From Rhodoferax sp. (lineage in GTDB: Bacteria; Pseudomonadota; Gammaproteobacteria; Burkholderiales; Burkholderiaceae_C): a stretch of 64,000 bases of DNA. The position numbers were made by a program, and so were the translations under genes. The DNA is taken from the NCBI GenBank assembly GCA_034519365.1, contig JAXHOO010000033.1, positions 7,850 through 71,849 of the forward strand, given 5' to 3'. This document shows positions 1 to 10,785 of the stretch, one piece after another. Position 1 is the first letter of the stretch; each line of letters starts with the position of its first letter. The notes beneath the pieces were generated by a model. The model had not been told where the DNA came from, ran no database searches, and saw only the letters and a list, made by a program, of their open reading frames with translations.

Positions 1-3000
1 GCAGCGCGCACTTGCGCCGACTCAATCCCGTGCGCAACAGCATTGCGCAAAAGGTGTTCGAACGCGGGAGCCATGCGGTCCAAAACCCCACGATCCATCT
101 CGATGGAACCACCGATGATGTCGAGTTTGACCTGTTTACCCGCATCCTTGGCCGCTTGGCGCACCACACCATAAAGGCGGTCCGAGATACCCTCAAACTC
201 CACCATACGGGTACGCAAGAGGTCGCGTTGCAACTCGCGCGCTTGGCGTCCCTGTGCAATCAAGTCATCTTCGGTACTTTCCACGGAACGCTGCAAATTC
301 CTTTGCACCGTCGCCACGTCGTTCACCGACTCCGCCATCATCCGGGTCAGTTCCTGCACCCGGGTGAAACGGTCAAACTCCAGTGGATCAAACGACTGCG
401 CTGAATCCTTGGTCTGGGCCAAGCGCGACTGCATTTGCGACTCAGCCTGCAGCTCCACATCGCGCAGTTGCTGCCGCAGGCGATCCAGGTTTCCGCCCAA
501 CTCCCCCAGCGACGAACGCAACTGGTTCAGGCGCGCATCCATGCGTGAGCGCGTGATCATGACTTCGCCTGCTTGGTTGACCAAGCGATCAAGCAACTGC
601 GACCGTACACGCACCGAATGACTTGCCACGGCGCGCGGTGCAGTTGGCATCGTCGGTACTTGAACCACGGCCTTGAGGTCTAACGGGGCTACTAGCGCAC
701 CTGAGGGCGTTGCCACCTCAGTCGTCGTGACCTCAGGCGCCACCAACTCAAGCACCACACCCAAGCCTGCAAAGGCGGCCTGCAAGGTATCAAAACGCGT
801 CAACAGTGGTTCGAGCTGGACCGACTGCACACCCTCGGTCCCGATCTGCTCAATCGACGACTCCATGCGGTGGGCCATTTCACCCAAGCGCATCGCGCCA
901 GCCAAACGGGCGCTGCCCTTCAGTGTGTGGAGCAGCCGCAAGATTTCATTGCGGGCGCTGAGATTGTCGGGATGGGCAACCCATTGGCGCAACGCAGTTC
1001 CCAGTTGGGGCATCAACTCCTGGGCTTCTTCTTGGAAAATGGGCAAAAGGTCTTCGTCCAGATTGTCCTGGGCGTCGATGTCGTCATCATCTTGCGCATC
1101 CGCAATGGTCAAAGGTGCTGCCACCGCCATGGCAGGCGCCATCCCGTGGGGCAACGCCTCTTCCACAATCACCGCATCCGGGGCAGCATCTTCGTTCGCC
1201 TCAACCTCAGAATCGAGGGCGACCTCGTCTAGGTGCGACCCAGCGTCCCAGGCTGGACTGAGAAACTCTGTTTCGGTGATGGCCTGCAACGCCAGCAATA
1301 TGGAAGGGTCTGCGTCTTTCAGGAATCCGGCTGCGAACTGATGCAACAGGCGACGAATGTCTTCCGCCGCATTGTTGAAAACCTGGGCGTGCTCGGGGGT
1401 GCCTTGGTGGTGCAGTTGCACATGCTGCAAAGCCTGCTCCAAAGCGCGCGCCATATTGGACAAGGCGGTAAATCCCACCGTGGCAGAGCTGCCCAGCAGA
1501 GAGTGGGCCAACGAAACCACAGAATCCGAGATTTCAGTGGGCAACTCCATGCCCCACTCGCTCAGCTCCGTCTGCAAGCGCCGTGACCATTCATCCGCCT
1601 CATTGAGGTAGACGTTGTAGAGCGGAATGCCCAGCCGAAGATCTCCGATAACCTTGATGCCTTCATCTGCGTCTGCTTCGGCGGCGGGTTCAACCACTAC
1701 CTCAAGCGCGGCATCCACACTGGGTTCGTCTACGTCGTTCGCGGGCTCGATAGGTACTGACTCCTCCAAGTCTGGACTAGGCACATCCTCCACCTGTATC
1801 TCGACCAGCTCCGACATCACAGTTTCTGGCTCGGCTTCTGGCGCCTGTTCAGGTTCCTGTACTTGACCGACATCCCCAAAGTCAAAGTCACCCAAGTCCA
1901 CGTTGTCTTGGGGTGGCGGTAGATCCTGGAGCGCAGAAATATCTTGAATCTGGGTGTTGTCGAAACTCACCATTTGGGTGGCAGAGAAGTCGGCAGTCGG
2001 CATTTGCGCAACAGGCGCGTCCAAATCAGACGACGTGTCGAACATTTGCGTAGATTCAAAGTCCACGGTGGGCTTTTCATCCCAAGAATCCAATGCCGGG
2101 GCCTCTACGACCTCAATCATCTCTACCGCTTCAATTTGCTCCATAGCGGCTTCGGAGGCGGCGACGCCATCATCACCCGATGCATCCAAAACCGAACCAC
2201 CTTGTTCGGCAGGTGTCACCAGTTCCAATAACTCTCCATGCAGGCGCAGCGCATCCGCGGTCTGACGGAAATGTTGTGCGCTCCAAGCGGCGTCTTGGCC
2301 GGCGGCAATATCTTCCACCCACCGATGAAAGCCCCGCATGGCTTGCCCGGACGCATCGATCAAAGCTTCAGTCGCAGGGCGCTGCTCGGACAGCGAGGTA
2401 TTGAGCACCTGTTCAAAAGCCCAAGCAGCCTCACCAAACTCATGCAAGCCGACCATCCGCGAACTGCCCTTGAGCGTATGGAACGCGCGGCGCAAAGTGG
2501 TCTGATCTGCCAAATTGGCGGGATCAGCCTGTAGCGCCTGCAATGCAGCCAATCCGTTGTGAACTACTTCCCGCGCCTCTTCCAAGAAGATATCCCGCAA
2601 TTCCGCACCGTCGTCCGCATCGGTATCGGGATCAGGGGGTGTAATCGGGGTCGGAACCGCCACCGGTGCAGGCTGCACCGGAGCGATCGCATCCATAACA
2701 GGAGCCAGCTCTGGCTGAGGTGCCGCCTGCTCTTCGGCTTCCACCCGCTCCCGGCCCATCAGCGGACGGAATTCACCTGTCGCTTCGTCATAGACAAACA
2801 GTGTCTTGGCCAAACTGCGCTGGTAGCTCAGCATGTCAATGAGGAAGCCCATTGCACCCAAGCTATTCCCTAATTTCTCAAAAATTCCGGTACGCGCCGT
2901 TTCTTCGTCAATTTCGTCGACCAAGAACTGCTCAACGCTGGAACGCATGCGCAAGGCGGCGATGGACGGCTGGTCCAAGCCCAGCACAGAGAACACGCCA

Positions 3001-4508
3001 CGCATCTGGGCCAGTTGGCTAGGTACCTCGCGCAACGGAGATTTATCCTTCGGATTGCGGAAAAACTGGTCAAGTGATTTCTCGACTTCGCCCAAATTGG
3101 TCCGCAACTCATCCACCACGCTGCCCATGGTTTGGCGATCACTGACGCGGCGGTACAGCTCCTCGATCCAAGCCTCCAGCGGCTCGGGATCTGCGCCCGC
3201 AGTAACATGCGCCAAGCGCTGGGCCAGACGAACACTGCGGTCCGCCATTTGGCTGTCGGTGGGGTCCAAGTCTTCGTACGCAGCTTCGAGGTACAGCACT
3301 GCGGTCGCCACTTCCATCGCAACTGATGGCGCCGGGGCAGCGCCAGAACGCACAGTCGCGTCAATAGCGTGCATCAGCGCACGCGCCAACTCAGCGCTTT
3401 CTGGATGCAACTTGGTCACCGCGTCAGCGACGGCCGTGAATTGCTCTAGAACCACCTTGAGCCGGTTGGTGTCTCCACCCGCCAACGCCGACCAGGTTTC
3501 GGCCGAGGTGGCAATGCGCTTGCGCGCCATCACCAACAGCGCCGGATCAAAACGACCAAACTGCTCAGTGGCATAGTCAACCGGCTTGCTGCGATTCAAG
3601 CCATAGGCGGCCTTCACAGCAGACAACAAAGGGGCGCCGCCCGGCGCGGCAGGAATAGCCAACGAGCAGAAAAATACAAGGTCCTGCGCCAACCGGTCTG
3701 AGGGCGTAGGCTCGCCCTTGGCCAAGGTCACATATTGCTGCAAGACACGTGATGCCGCACGTTTGCTATAAACATCGCCCGCCAATAAACCCAGCGCGGT
3801 GCTCTCAAAATAGGCGGCACTGGCCATCCAAAAAGTGCGCGACTCCAAATCCGTGCGCCCAGCTGCCAAGCCCAATGAAATCACCTGCAAACGGCGCGCG
3901 GCCTGAGCGTCAGCGTATTTCACCAGCCGCAACACCGCGTGGTCCATATCACGGCGCACATCGGCGCCATAAGCCAACGCTTGGGTATCCGCAGGGACGG
4001 CGATCGGCAGCCAACGCCACTCCGGTGGCCAGAGATCAGCAGGGTGAATGCGATCTGCGCCCGCTAACTCTTGCAAAGCCCGATATTGGGGAAACAAGGC
4101 GACTGACGAGGCTGACTTACCCTTTAGCACCCCTTCCAGGTACTCGGTTAGTGCAAAGCTGCCGCGTTCCATGCAGTTGGCGGCTTCGTCACTGCACAAT
4201 TCTGGCCGCTGGACAAACTTCTGGGCCAAGGTCTCCATAGCACGCAGCACTTTGGCTGGAGCGACCAAACCTACCATTTCGAGCGCACCCACGGCCTGGT
4301 GCAGTTGCTGGCGCGCAATACGCAGATGGCTAGCATCTAGCTCGGTCAGGTCAGAACCGCGCGCCAACTCGGCGTCACGTACAAACCGGCGCATGGCCTT
4401 GGTGGCGCCATCCAAAGACTTGCGAAGCTCATCCAGCACCCAGGCCAAGGGCCCCAAGTCACTGACGGCCAATTCACTATCGGCGGGAGCAGCAGGTGTG
4501 GATGACAT
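1..4508 (-). CDS. chpA: ChpA/PilL multi-Hpt chemosensory histidine kinase (5' part; runs off left edge)
   Basis: Absent from the ORF track (no stop in window). Manual translation from ATG 4508 gives MSSTPAAPADSELAVSDLGPLAWVLDELRKSL. The same frame at the left edge gives DRMAPAFEHLLRNAVAHGIE (CheA HATPase N-box). Hpt motifs (RRAFHTLKG, RRLLHTLKG) are visible. Lies downstream of pilG-H-I-J. Confidence 0.9.
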   Translation of the reverse strand, partial: MSSTPAAPADSELAVSDLGPLAWVLDELRKSLDGATKAMRRFVRDAELARGSDLTELDASHLRIARQQLHQAVGALEMVGLVAPAKVLRAMETLAQKFVQRPELCSDEAANCMERGSFALTEYLEGVLKGKSASSVALFPQYRALQELAGADRIHPADLWPPEWRWLPIAVPADTQALAYGADVRRDMDHAVLRLVKYADAQAARRLQVISLGLAAGRTDLESRTFWMASAAYFESTALGLLAGDVYSKRAASRVLQQYVTLAKGEPTPSDRLAQDLVFFCSLAIPAAPGGAPLLSAVKAAYGLNRSKPVDYATEQFGRFDPALLVMARKRIATSAETWSALAGGDTNRLKVVLEQFTAVADAVTKLHPESAELARALMHAIDATVRSGAAPAPSVAMEVATAVLYLEAAYEDLDPTDSQMADRSVRLAQRLAHVTAGADPEPLEAWIEELYRRVSDRQTMGSVVDELRTNLGEVEKSLDQFFRNPKDKSPLREVPSQLAQMRGVFSVLGLDQPSIAALRMRSSVEQFLVDEIDEETARTGIFEKLGNSLGAMGFLIDMLSYQRSLAKTLFVYDEATGEFRPLMGRERVEAEEQAAPQPELAPVMDAIAPVQPAPVAVPTPITPPDPDTDADDGAELRDIFLEEAREVVHNGLAALQALQADPANLADQTTLRRAFHTLKGSSRMVGLHEFGEAAWAFEQVLNTSLSEQRPATEALIDASGQAMRGFHRWVEDIAAGQDAAWSAQHFRQTADALRLHGELLELVTPAEQGGSVLDASGDDGVAASEAAMEQIEAVEMIEVVEAPALDSWDEKPTVDFESTQMFDTSSDLDAPVAQMPTADFSATQMVSFDNTQIQDISALQDLPPPQDNVDLGDFDFGDVGQVQEPEQAPEAEPETVMSELVEIQVEDVPSPDLEESVPIEPANDVDEPSVDAALEVVVEPAAEADADEGIKVIGDLRLGIPLYNVYLNEADEWSRRLQTELSEWGMELPTEISDSVVSLAHSLLGSSATVGFTALSNMARALEQALQHVQLHHQGTPEHAQVFNNAAEDIRRLLHQFAAGFLKDADPSILLALQAITETEFLSPAWDAGSHLDEVALDSEVEANEDAAPDAVIVEEALPHGMAPAMAVAAPLTIADAQDDDDIDAQDNLDEDLLPIFQEEAQELMPQLGTALRQWVAHPDNLSARNEILRLLHTLKGSARLAGAMRLGEMAHRMESSIEQIGTEGVQSVQLEPLLTRFDTLQAAFAGLGVVLELVAPEVTTTEVATPSGALVAPLDLKAVVQVPTMPTAPRAVASHSVRVRSQLLDRLVNQAGEVMITRSRMDARLNQLRSSLGELGGNLDRLRQQLRDVELQAESQMQSRLAQTKDSAQSFDPLEFDRFTRVQELTRMMAESVNDVATVQRNLQRSVESTEDDLIAQGRQARELQRDLLRTRMVEFEGISDRLYGVVRQAAKDAGKQVKLDIIGGSIEMDRGVLDRMAPAFEHLLRNAVAHGIESAQVRA

Positions 4509-4567
4509 GGGGGCGATCTCTCCTGAAACTCACGGGGTGCTAAAGGTGGTCAACACAATCTTGCCGA

Positions 4568-6835
4568 TTAGGCAATCTTGAATCGTGACACCGACTGACG
4601 CAACTCTTCCGCCATGCGGGACAGTTCGCGCACTTGGTTGGCCGTCGCCCGGGTACCTTCTCCCGTTTGTTCCGTTACGGCAAAAATGTGCTGGATGTTG
4701 TCAGCCACCACGTTGGCCAATCCTGCTTCCCGCGATGCGGCGTTCGAAATTTGCTCAATCAGGTCGGCCACTTGGCGGGACACGCGGTCAATTTCGGTCA
4801 GCGCGGTACCCGCGTTATCGGACAGACGGGCTCCTTCGACCACACCCTGGGTAGAGCGCTCCATAGCGCCGATAGCATCTTGGGTATCCGTTTGAATGGC
4901 CTTCACCAGCGCCGCAATCTGGCGCGTTGCGTCCGCAGAGCGTTCCGCAAGTCGCTGCACTTCTTCCGCCACCACCGAGAAGCCGCGTCCGGCCTCACCG
5001 GCCGATGCGGCCTGAATGGCGGCATTCAGAGCCAACACGTTGGTTTGTTCGGTAATGTCCGAAATCAGCTCGGTAATTTCGCCAATCTCCTGCGACGACT
5101 CACCGAGGCGTTTAATGCGCTTGGAGGTTTCCTGGATCTGATCCCGGATGGAGTTCATACCGCCGATGGCGTTCTGCACGGCCTGCAGACCCGATTCGGC
5201 AGCCTGCAGCGATTGACGCGCCACCGATGCCGACTCTTGCGCTTGGGCAGACACTTCGTTAATTCGACCGGCCATATCCACAACGGATTTGCCCGTTTCC
5301 CGAATTTCATGTAGCTGTTCGTTGGAGGCAGCCAACAACTCTGTCGAGGTGGCATCCACGTCGGCTGTCGTCTGGGCCACCCGGGCCGCCGTGTTTTGCA
5401 CGTTGGATACCAAGGAGCGCAACTCTTCCACGGTGTAGTTCACCGAGTCAGCAATGGCGCCGGTAATGTCCTCCGTCACCGTGGCTTCTTGGGTCAGATC
5501 GCCTTCCGCAACTGTCTGCAGTTCGTTCATCAAACGCAAAATAGCGGCTTGGTTGGCATCGTTAACGCGCTTGGCTTCTTGCTCCATACGCTCGGCATCG
5601 ACCCGCTGGTCTTCCGCGACCACCTGCCGTTTTCGACTGTCTTGCAACTGCACGAAGGACAATCCACCCGCGCACAGCAGGGCAAATCCGGCCGATGCCG
5701 CCAACAGAGCCAGCGACGCACCGCCAATACCGGCTTGGCCTGACAACTTGGACTGCAGCTCCTCTAGATCGCGTCGCAAGGGCTCGCTTTCCGCGATGAT
5801 GGCGCCCTGGGCTTCACGCGCAGACACCAAACCCTGCAAGTTGCCCAGAATAGCCCCGGCTTGAACACGGGTCTCTTCGTACATTTTGATCAGGGCTTCC
5901 AGCTGTTCACGTGTGGCGGGGTCTTTGGTTGCCGACAGACGCAACTCAGTACTACCCGACAACAAGGCGTCAGAAATTTCCTTGAATGTATTCAAGTCCT
6001 TGCCCAGCAGGAACACGGCTTCCGGGCTCACGCCTTCGGCAGTCAAGAACTCGTTGGACGATTTGCCGATACGCTGCGTCAACATCACCAACTGACCTAC
6101 TGCGGAGATTTCCACTGCTGGTGCGTTTTGCTGCAACTTCAAAGAGGCCACAGTCTCTGCAATTTCCAACAAATCGGAAGATTGACGGTTAATCAGACGC
6201 AAGGCAGCTCCAATTTGCGTCAGCATGGTTTGCTGGCCCATCACCGCCTTGGCATTTTTCTCGGCGCGCTCTACCAAAGGCAGCACCTTGCCCAATTCAG
6301 GCGCAAAGGTTTCGTCCAGCGGACTGATGCGCATCTCATCATTGCCTGCCTGCAATCCGCGTGTCGCTTTGGCAAGAACGCCAGCGCTTTCCGCCACATC
6401 GGGGAATGCCTCTGCGCTGCCCACGACCGCCTGGGATACCGATTTAGCCAAACGCTGCGACTGCATCAATGACTGGCCGGTAGCCCCCAACTGCTGCGCC
6501 ACTTTGTCCGACTGGTTCAGGGCCACAAACGTCACGCCAGCCAGAACCACCAAGGCAGCTGCCAACAACAGCGACAGCAAGCGCTGGTGTTGCACCACCG
6601 TACGGCGGCCCAGTACTGGCACCGCAATCAGATCACCGTCGTCGACGTCCAGCTCTGCAGCAGGCCTCGCCGTGCTAGGCGCCGATTGCAACGGCGCATT
6701 GTGGGAGTCCTGCACAGTTTCCGCGCTGGCCGGATCTATCGTCGCGTCCGGCATGGCCAAGCTCAGGCGAGAATCCAAATCGGACTCCGACGGTGTCTTG
6801 GAAAACAGGTTTTTCAATTGATCGACAACGGACAT
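4568..6835 (-). CDS. pilJ: Methyl-accepting chemotaxis protein PilJ
   Basis: 755 aa, two TM segments, HAMP domain and MCP hairpin (EQTNVLALNAAIQAASAGEAGRGFSVVAEEV); pil operon context. Confidence 0.92.
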   Translation of the reverse strand: MSVVDQLKNLFSKTPSESDLDSRLSLAMPDATIDPASAETVQDSHNAPLQSAPSTARPAAELDVDDGDLIAVPVLGRRTVVQHQRLLSLLLAAALVVLAGVTFVALNQSDKVAQQLGATGQSLMQSQRLAKSVSQAVVGSAEAFPDVAESAGVLAKATRGLQAGNDEMRISPLDETFAPELGKVLPLVERAEKNAKAVMGQQTMLTQIGAALRLINRQSSDLLEIAETVASLKLQQNAPAVEISAVGQLVMLTQRIGKSSNEFLTAEGVSPEAVFLLGKDLNTFKEISDALLSGSTELRLSATKDPATREQLEALIKMYEETRVQAGAILGNLQGLVSAREAQGAIIAESEPLRRDLEELQSKLSGQAGIGGASLALLAASAGFALLCAGGLSFVQLQDSRKRQVVAEDQRVDAERMEQEAKRVNDANQAAILRLMNELQTVAEGDLTQEATVTEDITGAIADSVNYTVEELRSLVSNVQNTAARVAQTTADVDATSTELLAASNEQLHEIRETGKSVVDMAGRINEVSAQAQESASVARQSLQAAESGLQAVQNAIGGMNSIRDQIQETSKRIKRLGESSQEIGEITELISDITEQTNVLALNAAIQAASAGEAGRGFSVVAEEVQRLAERSADATRQIAALVKAIQTDTQDAIGAMERSTQGVVEGARLSDNAGTALTEIDRVSRQVADLIEQISNAASREAGLANVVADNIQHIFAVTEQTGEGTRATANQVRELSRMAEELRQSVSRFKIA

Positions 6836-6855
6836 GGTGAGGCCTTACTGGTGAA

Positions 6856-7386
6856 CTAAGCGCTGATACTCAAAAACTGCGGGGTTTGCGACAGGGTACG
6901 CAAATTGATTTCTTGCCAAGACTCGCCGGAAGTATCGACAAACTGGTTGCCAAAGTAGCCGGGGGCGTCTGCGGCGGGAGGCTCGTATGAGGCAAATGCG
7001 TCGGGGCCACGCAGGCCCAACAAAGTATCAATCTGCAACGCGCAGTTGACCTCCAACAAACTATTCAAAGTGACCACACTTGGTTCTGCAGCGGACGGCT
7101 CTTTGCGCGCTTCGCCGCTGGAAACCGCGATGAACCCCGCTAAGTCAACTACTCCGAACAAACCGCCGCGAATATTGAGCACGCCGCGAAACCAGTCCAG
7201 TGCATAAGGAACCGCTTGCACCTGCGACAGCGGCACGATCTCACCCGATTGCCCCAAGGGAAAAAGGTAGTTGCGTCCACCCGCGCTGACCGCCAGCCAA
7301 GCGACCGACATACCCTCCGTCCGCGCCGCCTGCAATCGGCTGGCCAATCGGGTTTGGAGTTCTCGAAGTGCTTCTCTGTTGGCCAT
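6856..7386 (-). CDS. pilI: CheW-like adaptor PilI
   Basis: CheW motif VPYALDWFRGVLNIRGGLFGVVDL; sits between pilH and pilJ. Confidence 0.85.
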   Translation of the reverse strand: MANREALRELQTRLASRLQAARTEGMSVAWLAVSAGGRNYLFPLGQSGEIVPLSQVQAVPYALDWFRGVLNIRGGLFGVVDLAGFIAVSSGEARKEPSAAEPSVVTLNSLLEVNCALQIDTLLGLRGPDAFASYEPPAADAPGYFGNQFVDTSGESWQEINLRTLSQTPQFLSISA

Positions 7387-7398
7387 GGAATTCGAGGG

Positions 7399-7764
7399 TC
7401 AGTCCAAAGCTTTGATTTTGGCGAACAGCTCGGCAGCATCCACGGGCTTGGTGATGTAGTCCCTGGCACCTTGGCGCATTCCCCAAACTCGGTCAGTCTC
7501 TAGGCTTTTGCTGGTACACATGATGATGGGAACATCTGCATATTCGGGGGTGCGGTTGATAGCGCGCGTCAGCTGGAAGCCGTTTTGCCCAGGCATGACC
7601 ACGTCCATCAAGATGAGCTCTGGCTTCTCTTCTGCCAGACGCTTAAACGCCTCATCAGCATTCTCGGCAGTGCGAACCGTGAAACCGTTCTTCTGCAGCA
7701 AATCCGTCAAATACATCAACTCGGTTTTCGAGTCGTCAACGATCAGTACTTTGGTTATCGACAT
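7399..7764 (-). CDS. pilH: Single-domain response regulator PilH
   Basis: REC domain (LIVDDS, LMDVVMPG, DRVWGMRQGARDYITKP). Confidence 0.88.
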   Translation of the reverse strand: MSITKVLIVDDSKTELMYLTDLLQKNGFTVRTAENADEAFKRLAEEKPELILMDVVMPGQNGFQLTRAINRTPEYADVPIIMCTSKSLETDRVWGMRQGARDYITKPVDAAELFAKIKALD

Positions 7765-8162
7765 TACATGCTTCCTTGCAATTCAGCGCCAAATTGCTGC
7801 ACTGCCTGCAGCAACTGGTCTTTGGTAAAGGGTTTGGTCAGGTAGTCCTGGGCGCCGACCATGCGGCCACGCGCTTTGTCGAACACGCCGTCTTTTGACG
7901 ACAGCATGATGACTGGAACACTGGAAAATTTGGTATTGCGTTTGATGATGGCGCAGGTCTGGTAACCATCAAGCCGCGGCATCAGGATGTCGCAAAAAAT
8001 TAGTTGCGGCTGGTAGTCGTTGACCTTGGCCAGTGCATCGAAACCATCTTCGGCCAACAATACGTCGTGCCCGCCCTGCTTCAGAAAAATCTCGGCGCTG
8101 CGTCGAATCGTATTGCTGTCGTCAATCACCAGAACTTTGAAAGTCGATGCTGTAGTGCTCAA
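7764..8162 (-). CDS. pilG: Single-domain response regulator PilG
   Basis: REC domain with PilG-type DDSNTIRRSAE and MLSSKDGVFDKARGR; TTG start. Confidence 0.88.
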   Translation of the reverse strand: MSTTASTFKVLVIDDSNTIRRSAEIFLKQGGHDVLLAEDGFDALAKVNDYQPQLIFCDILMPRLDGYQTCAIIKRNTKFSSVPVIMLSSKDGVFDKARGRMVGAQDYLTKPFTKDQLLQAVQQFGAELQGSM

Positions 8163-8221
8163 GGGGCGTTGCTCCAGTACTAGCGTGAATGGCGACAGGG
8201 TGAGGCGCGCTCGGGGTGGTG

Positions 8222-8395
8222 CTAGATCTGCACCATTTCAAAATCTTCCTTGCGCGCGCCGCATTCGGGACAGGTCCAATTCATGGGAACATCAGCCCAC
8301 AACGTACCAGCGGCAATGCCATGGTCTGGGGCACCAGCGGCCTCGTCATAGATCCAACCACAAATCAAGCACATCCAAGTTTTAGTATCGGTCAC
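8222..8395 (-). CDS. Rubredoxin (57 aa)
   Basis: Below the ORF-track cutoff. Manual translation: MTDTKTWMCLICGWIYDEAAGAPDHGIAAGTLWADVPMNWTCPECGARKEDFEMVQI, with two CxxC motifs. Confidence 0.93.
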   Translation of the reverse strand: MTDTKTWMCLICGWIYDEAAGAPDHGIAAGTLWADVPMNWTCPECGARKEDFEMVQI

Positions 8396-8488
8396 AGCTT
8401 ACGGGGCCTTCGAATAGAATGCAATCATTGTATAGAGCAGCTCTTGCGAAAATGCGGGCCGCCCGGCGAAAGTTCGCCATTCTGCCTG

Positions 8489-9427
8489 ATGACAAACCCC
8501 AATACAGGCCTCCCGATGTCGGCACTCCCCCCCTCCCCCAACGACGAAGAAATCGAAGATGAAGGCCCTGCCGCATTCGTCTTGGCCTTCAATGCCAACG
8601 ACCCCAGCGGCGGCGGCGGGACTGCTGCAGACTTGACCGCCATCGCGTCGGTTGGGGCCCACGCACTGACCGTAGTCACCGGCGTTTATGTCCGCGATAC
8701 CTCGGAGACCGTCGACCATTTCCCTCTGGACGATGAGGCTGTGACCGAACAAGCGCGCGTCATCCTGGAAGATGTTCCAGCCCAAGTTTTCAAGGTTGGC
8801 TTTGTCGGTACGCCAGAAAATCTCAGCGCCATTGCCGAACTCGCGTCCGACTACGACGAGATCCCGCTGGTTGCCTATATGCCCGACTTGTCGTGGTGGC
8901 AAGACGACCAGATCGACCTCTACCAAGACGCTTGCACGGAGTTACTTTTGCCTCAGACCACGGTGTTGGTTGGAAACCACAGCACCCTGTCGCGTTGGCT
9001 GCTGCCGGACTGGACTTTCGACAAAAGCCCGACGGCCCGCGACATTGCGCGTGCCGCCAACGCTTTTGGCGTGCCCTATACCTTGGTCACAGGCATTCCG
9101 CTGCCAGACCAATTCATCGACAACGTGCTGTGCTCGCCGACTGCCATCTTGTGCAGCGAAAAGTTTGAACGATTTGAGGCTGTCTTTACCGGCGCCGGCG
9201 ACACACTATCCGCCGCACTGGCTGCGCTGATTGCCTGCGGCACCGAATTGAATGAGGCCGTTACTGAAGCATTGAGCTACTTGGACCGTTGTCTGGAAAG
9301 CGGCTTCCGCCCTGGCATGGGCCAGGTGCTGCCCGACCGCTTGTTCTGGGCACACCCCGAAGACGACGAAGAAGAAGCGTCCGACGAGCCCGACTTTGAC
9401 ATCCCACCCCACGCGACCCGCCACTGA
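8489..9427 (+). CDS. ThiD-like hydroxymethylpyrimidine/phosphomethylpyrimidine kinase family protein
   Basis: [12 protein letters not shown]-terminal motif and [11 protein letters not shown] ribokinase-fold motif; start is 8489 or 8516. Confidence 0.75.
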   Translation: MTNPNTGLPMSALPPSPNDEEIEDEGPAAFVLAFNANDPSGGGGTAADLTAIASVGAHALTVVTGVYVRDTSETVDHFPLDDEAVTEQARVILEDVPAQVFKVGFVGTPENLSAIAELASDYDEIPLVAYMPDLSWWQDDQIDLYQDACTELLLPQTTVLVGNHSTLSRWLLPDWTFDKSPTARDIARAANAFGVPYTLVTGIPLPDQFIDNVLCSPTAILCSEKFERFEAVFTGAGDTLSAALAALIACGTELNEAVTEALSYLDRCLESGFRPGMGQVLPDRLFWAHPEDDEEEASDEPDFDIPPHATRH

Positions 9428-9428
9428 T

Positions 9429-10733
9429 ATGTCCAGCGACCTGAACCAACAGCTCTTTGACCGTGCCCGCCAAGTAATCCCCGGCGGTGTGAACTCCCCG
9501 GTGCGCGCTTTCAAGGCCGTCGGCGGCACACCGCGCTTTGTGCAACGCGCCCAAGGTGCCTATTTTTGGGATGCCAATGGCAAGCGCTATATCGACTACA
9601 TCGGATCCTGGGGCCCCATGATCCTGGGCCACGGCCACCCTGCGGTGCTGGAAGCCGTTCTGAAGGCCGCGCAGGACGGCTTCTCGTTCGGCGCCCCCAC
9701 CGAGCGCGAGGTTGAACTCGCCGAGGCTATTCTGGCGCGCGTACCCAGCTTGGAGATGGTCCGCTTGGTCAGCAGCGGCACCGAAGCCGGCATGAGCGCG
9801 ATCCGACTAGCGCGTGGGGCCACCGGGCGCAGCAAGATTTTGAAGTTTGAAGGCTGTTACCACGGCCACGCGGACGCCCTACTTGTGAAAGCCGGCTCGG
9901 GCTTGGCCACCTTTGGCAATCCGACCAGCGCTGGCGTGCCGCCCGAAGTGGTGCAACACACACTGGTACTGGAGTACAACAACGTCGCTCAACTGGAAGA
10001 GGCCTTTGCCCTACACGGCAAGGACATGGCCTGCCTAATCATCGAACCGATCGCCGGCAACATGAACTTTGTGCGCGCCAGCGTGCCGTTTATGACACGC
10101 TGCCGCGAGCTGTGCACGCAATACGGTGCGCTGCTGGTGCTTGATGAAGTGATGACCGGTCTGCGCGTGGCGCTTGGCAGTGCCCAAAGCGTTTACGCCC
10201 GCAGCATTCCCGGCTTCGAGCCCGACATGACGGTGTTGGGCAAGGTCATTGGCGGTGGCATGCCGCTGGCGGCCTTTGGCGGCAAACGCGCGGTAATGGA
10301 GCAGCTCGCCCCACTGGGCCCGGTGTACCAAGCGGGAACGCTGTCCGGCAACCCAGTAGCCACAGCCTGTGGCCTAGCGACCTTGCAAGAAATCGGCAAA
10401 CCCGGCTTCTATGATGATCTGAGTCGCAAAACGCAGTCGCTGATCAGCGGCCTGCAAGGCGCGGCCAACGCGGCGGGAGTGGATTTTTGTGGCGACAGCG
10501 AAGGCGGTATGTTCGGCTTCTTCCTGTTCAAGGACTTGCCGCAAAACTACGCCAAGGTCATGACCACCGACAACGCGCGCTTCAACACCCTGTTCCACGG
10601 CCTATTGGACCGCGGCGTCTACATCGCGCCAGCGTTGTACGAGGCCGGCTTCATGAGCGCGGCGCACACCGACGCGGACATCGCAGAGACGGTAACGCTG
10701 GCAGCAGAAGCATTCAGTTTGCTATCAAAATAG
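9429..10733 (+). CDS. hemL: Glutamate-1-semialdehyde 2,1-aminomutase
   Basis: [34 protein letters not shown] and [10 protein letters not shown] motifs. Confidence 0.96.
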   Translation: MSSDLNQQLFDRARQVIPGGVNSPVRAFKAVGGTPRFVQRAQGAYFWDANGKRYIDYIGSWGPMILGHGHPAVLEAVLKAAQDGFSFGAPTEREVELAEAILARVPSLEMVRLVSSGTEAGMSAIRLARGATGRSKILKFEGCYHGHADALLVKAGSGLATFGNPTSAGVPPEVVQHTLVLEYNNVAQLEEAFALHGKDMACLIIEPIAGNMNFVRASVPFMTRCRELCTQYGALLVLDEVMTGLRVALGSAQSVYARSIPGFEPDMTVLGKVIGGGMPLAAFGGKRAVMEQLAPLGPVYQAGTLSGNPVATACGLATLQEIGKPGFYDDLSRKTQSLISGLQGAANAAGVDFCGDSEGGMFGFFLFKDLPQNYAKVMTTDNARFNTLFHGLLDRGVYIAPALYEAGFMSAAHTDADIAETVTLAAEAFSLLSK

Positions 10734-10777
10734 AAGCTGCTTGCGCAATATCCACGGGGGCTACAATTTGGCATCTA
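10720..10777 (+). repeat. Dispersed ~65-bp element, copy 1 (overlaps hemL stop)
   Basis: TGCTATCAAAATAGAAGCTGCTTGCGCAATATCCACGGGGGCTAC matches the consensus spacing. Confidence 0.85.
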
Positions 10778-10785
10778 ACTTTTGA

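Noticed and set aside
1640-2240. Acidic low-complexity stretch in chpA
   Set aside because: It is a typical variable linker between Hpt domains, with no discrete repeat.
1-4854. Many plus-strand ORFs over the pil-chp region
   Set aside because: They are antisense shadows of chpA and pilJ in GC-rich DNA, with no recognisable motifs.
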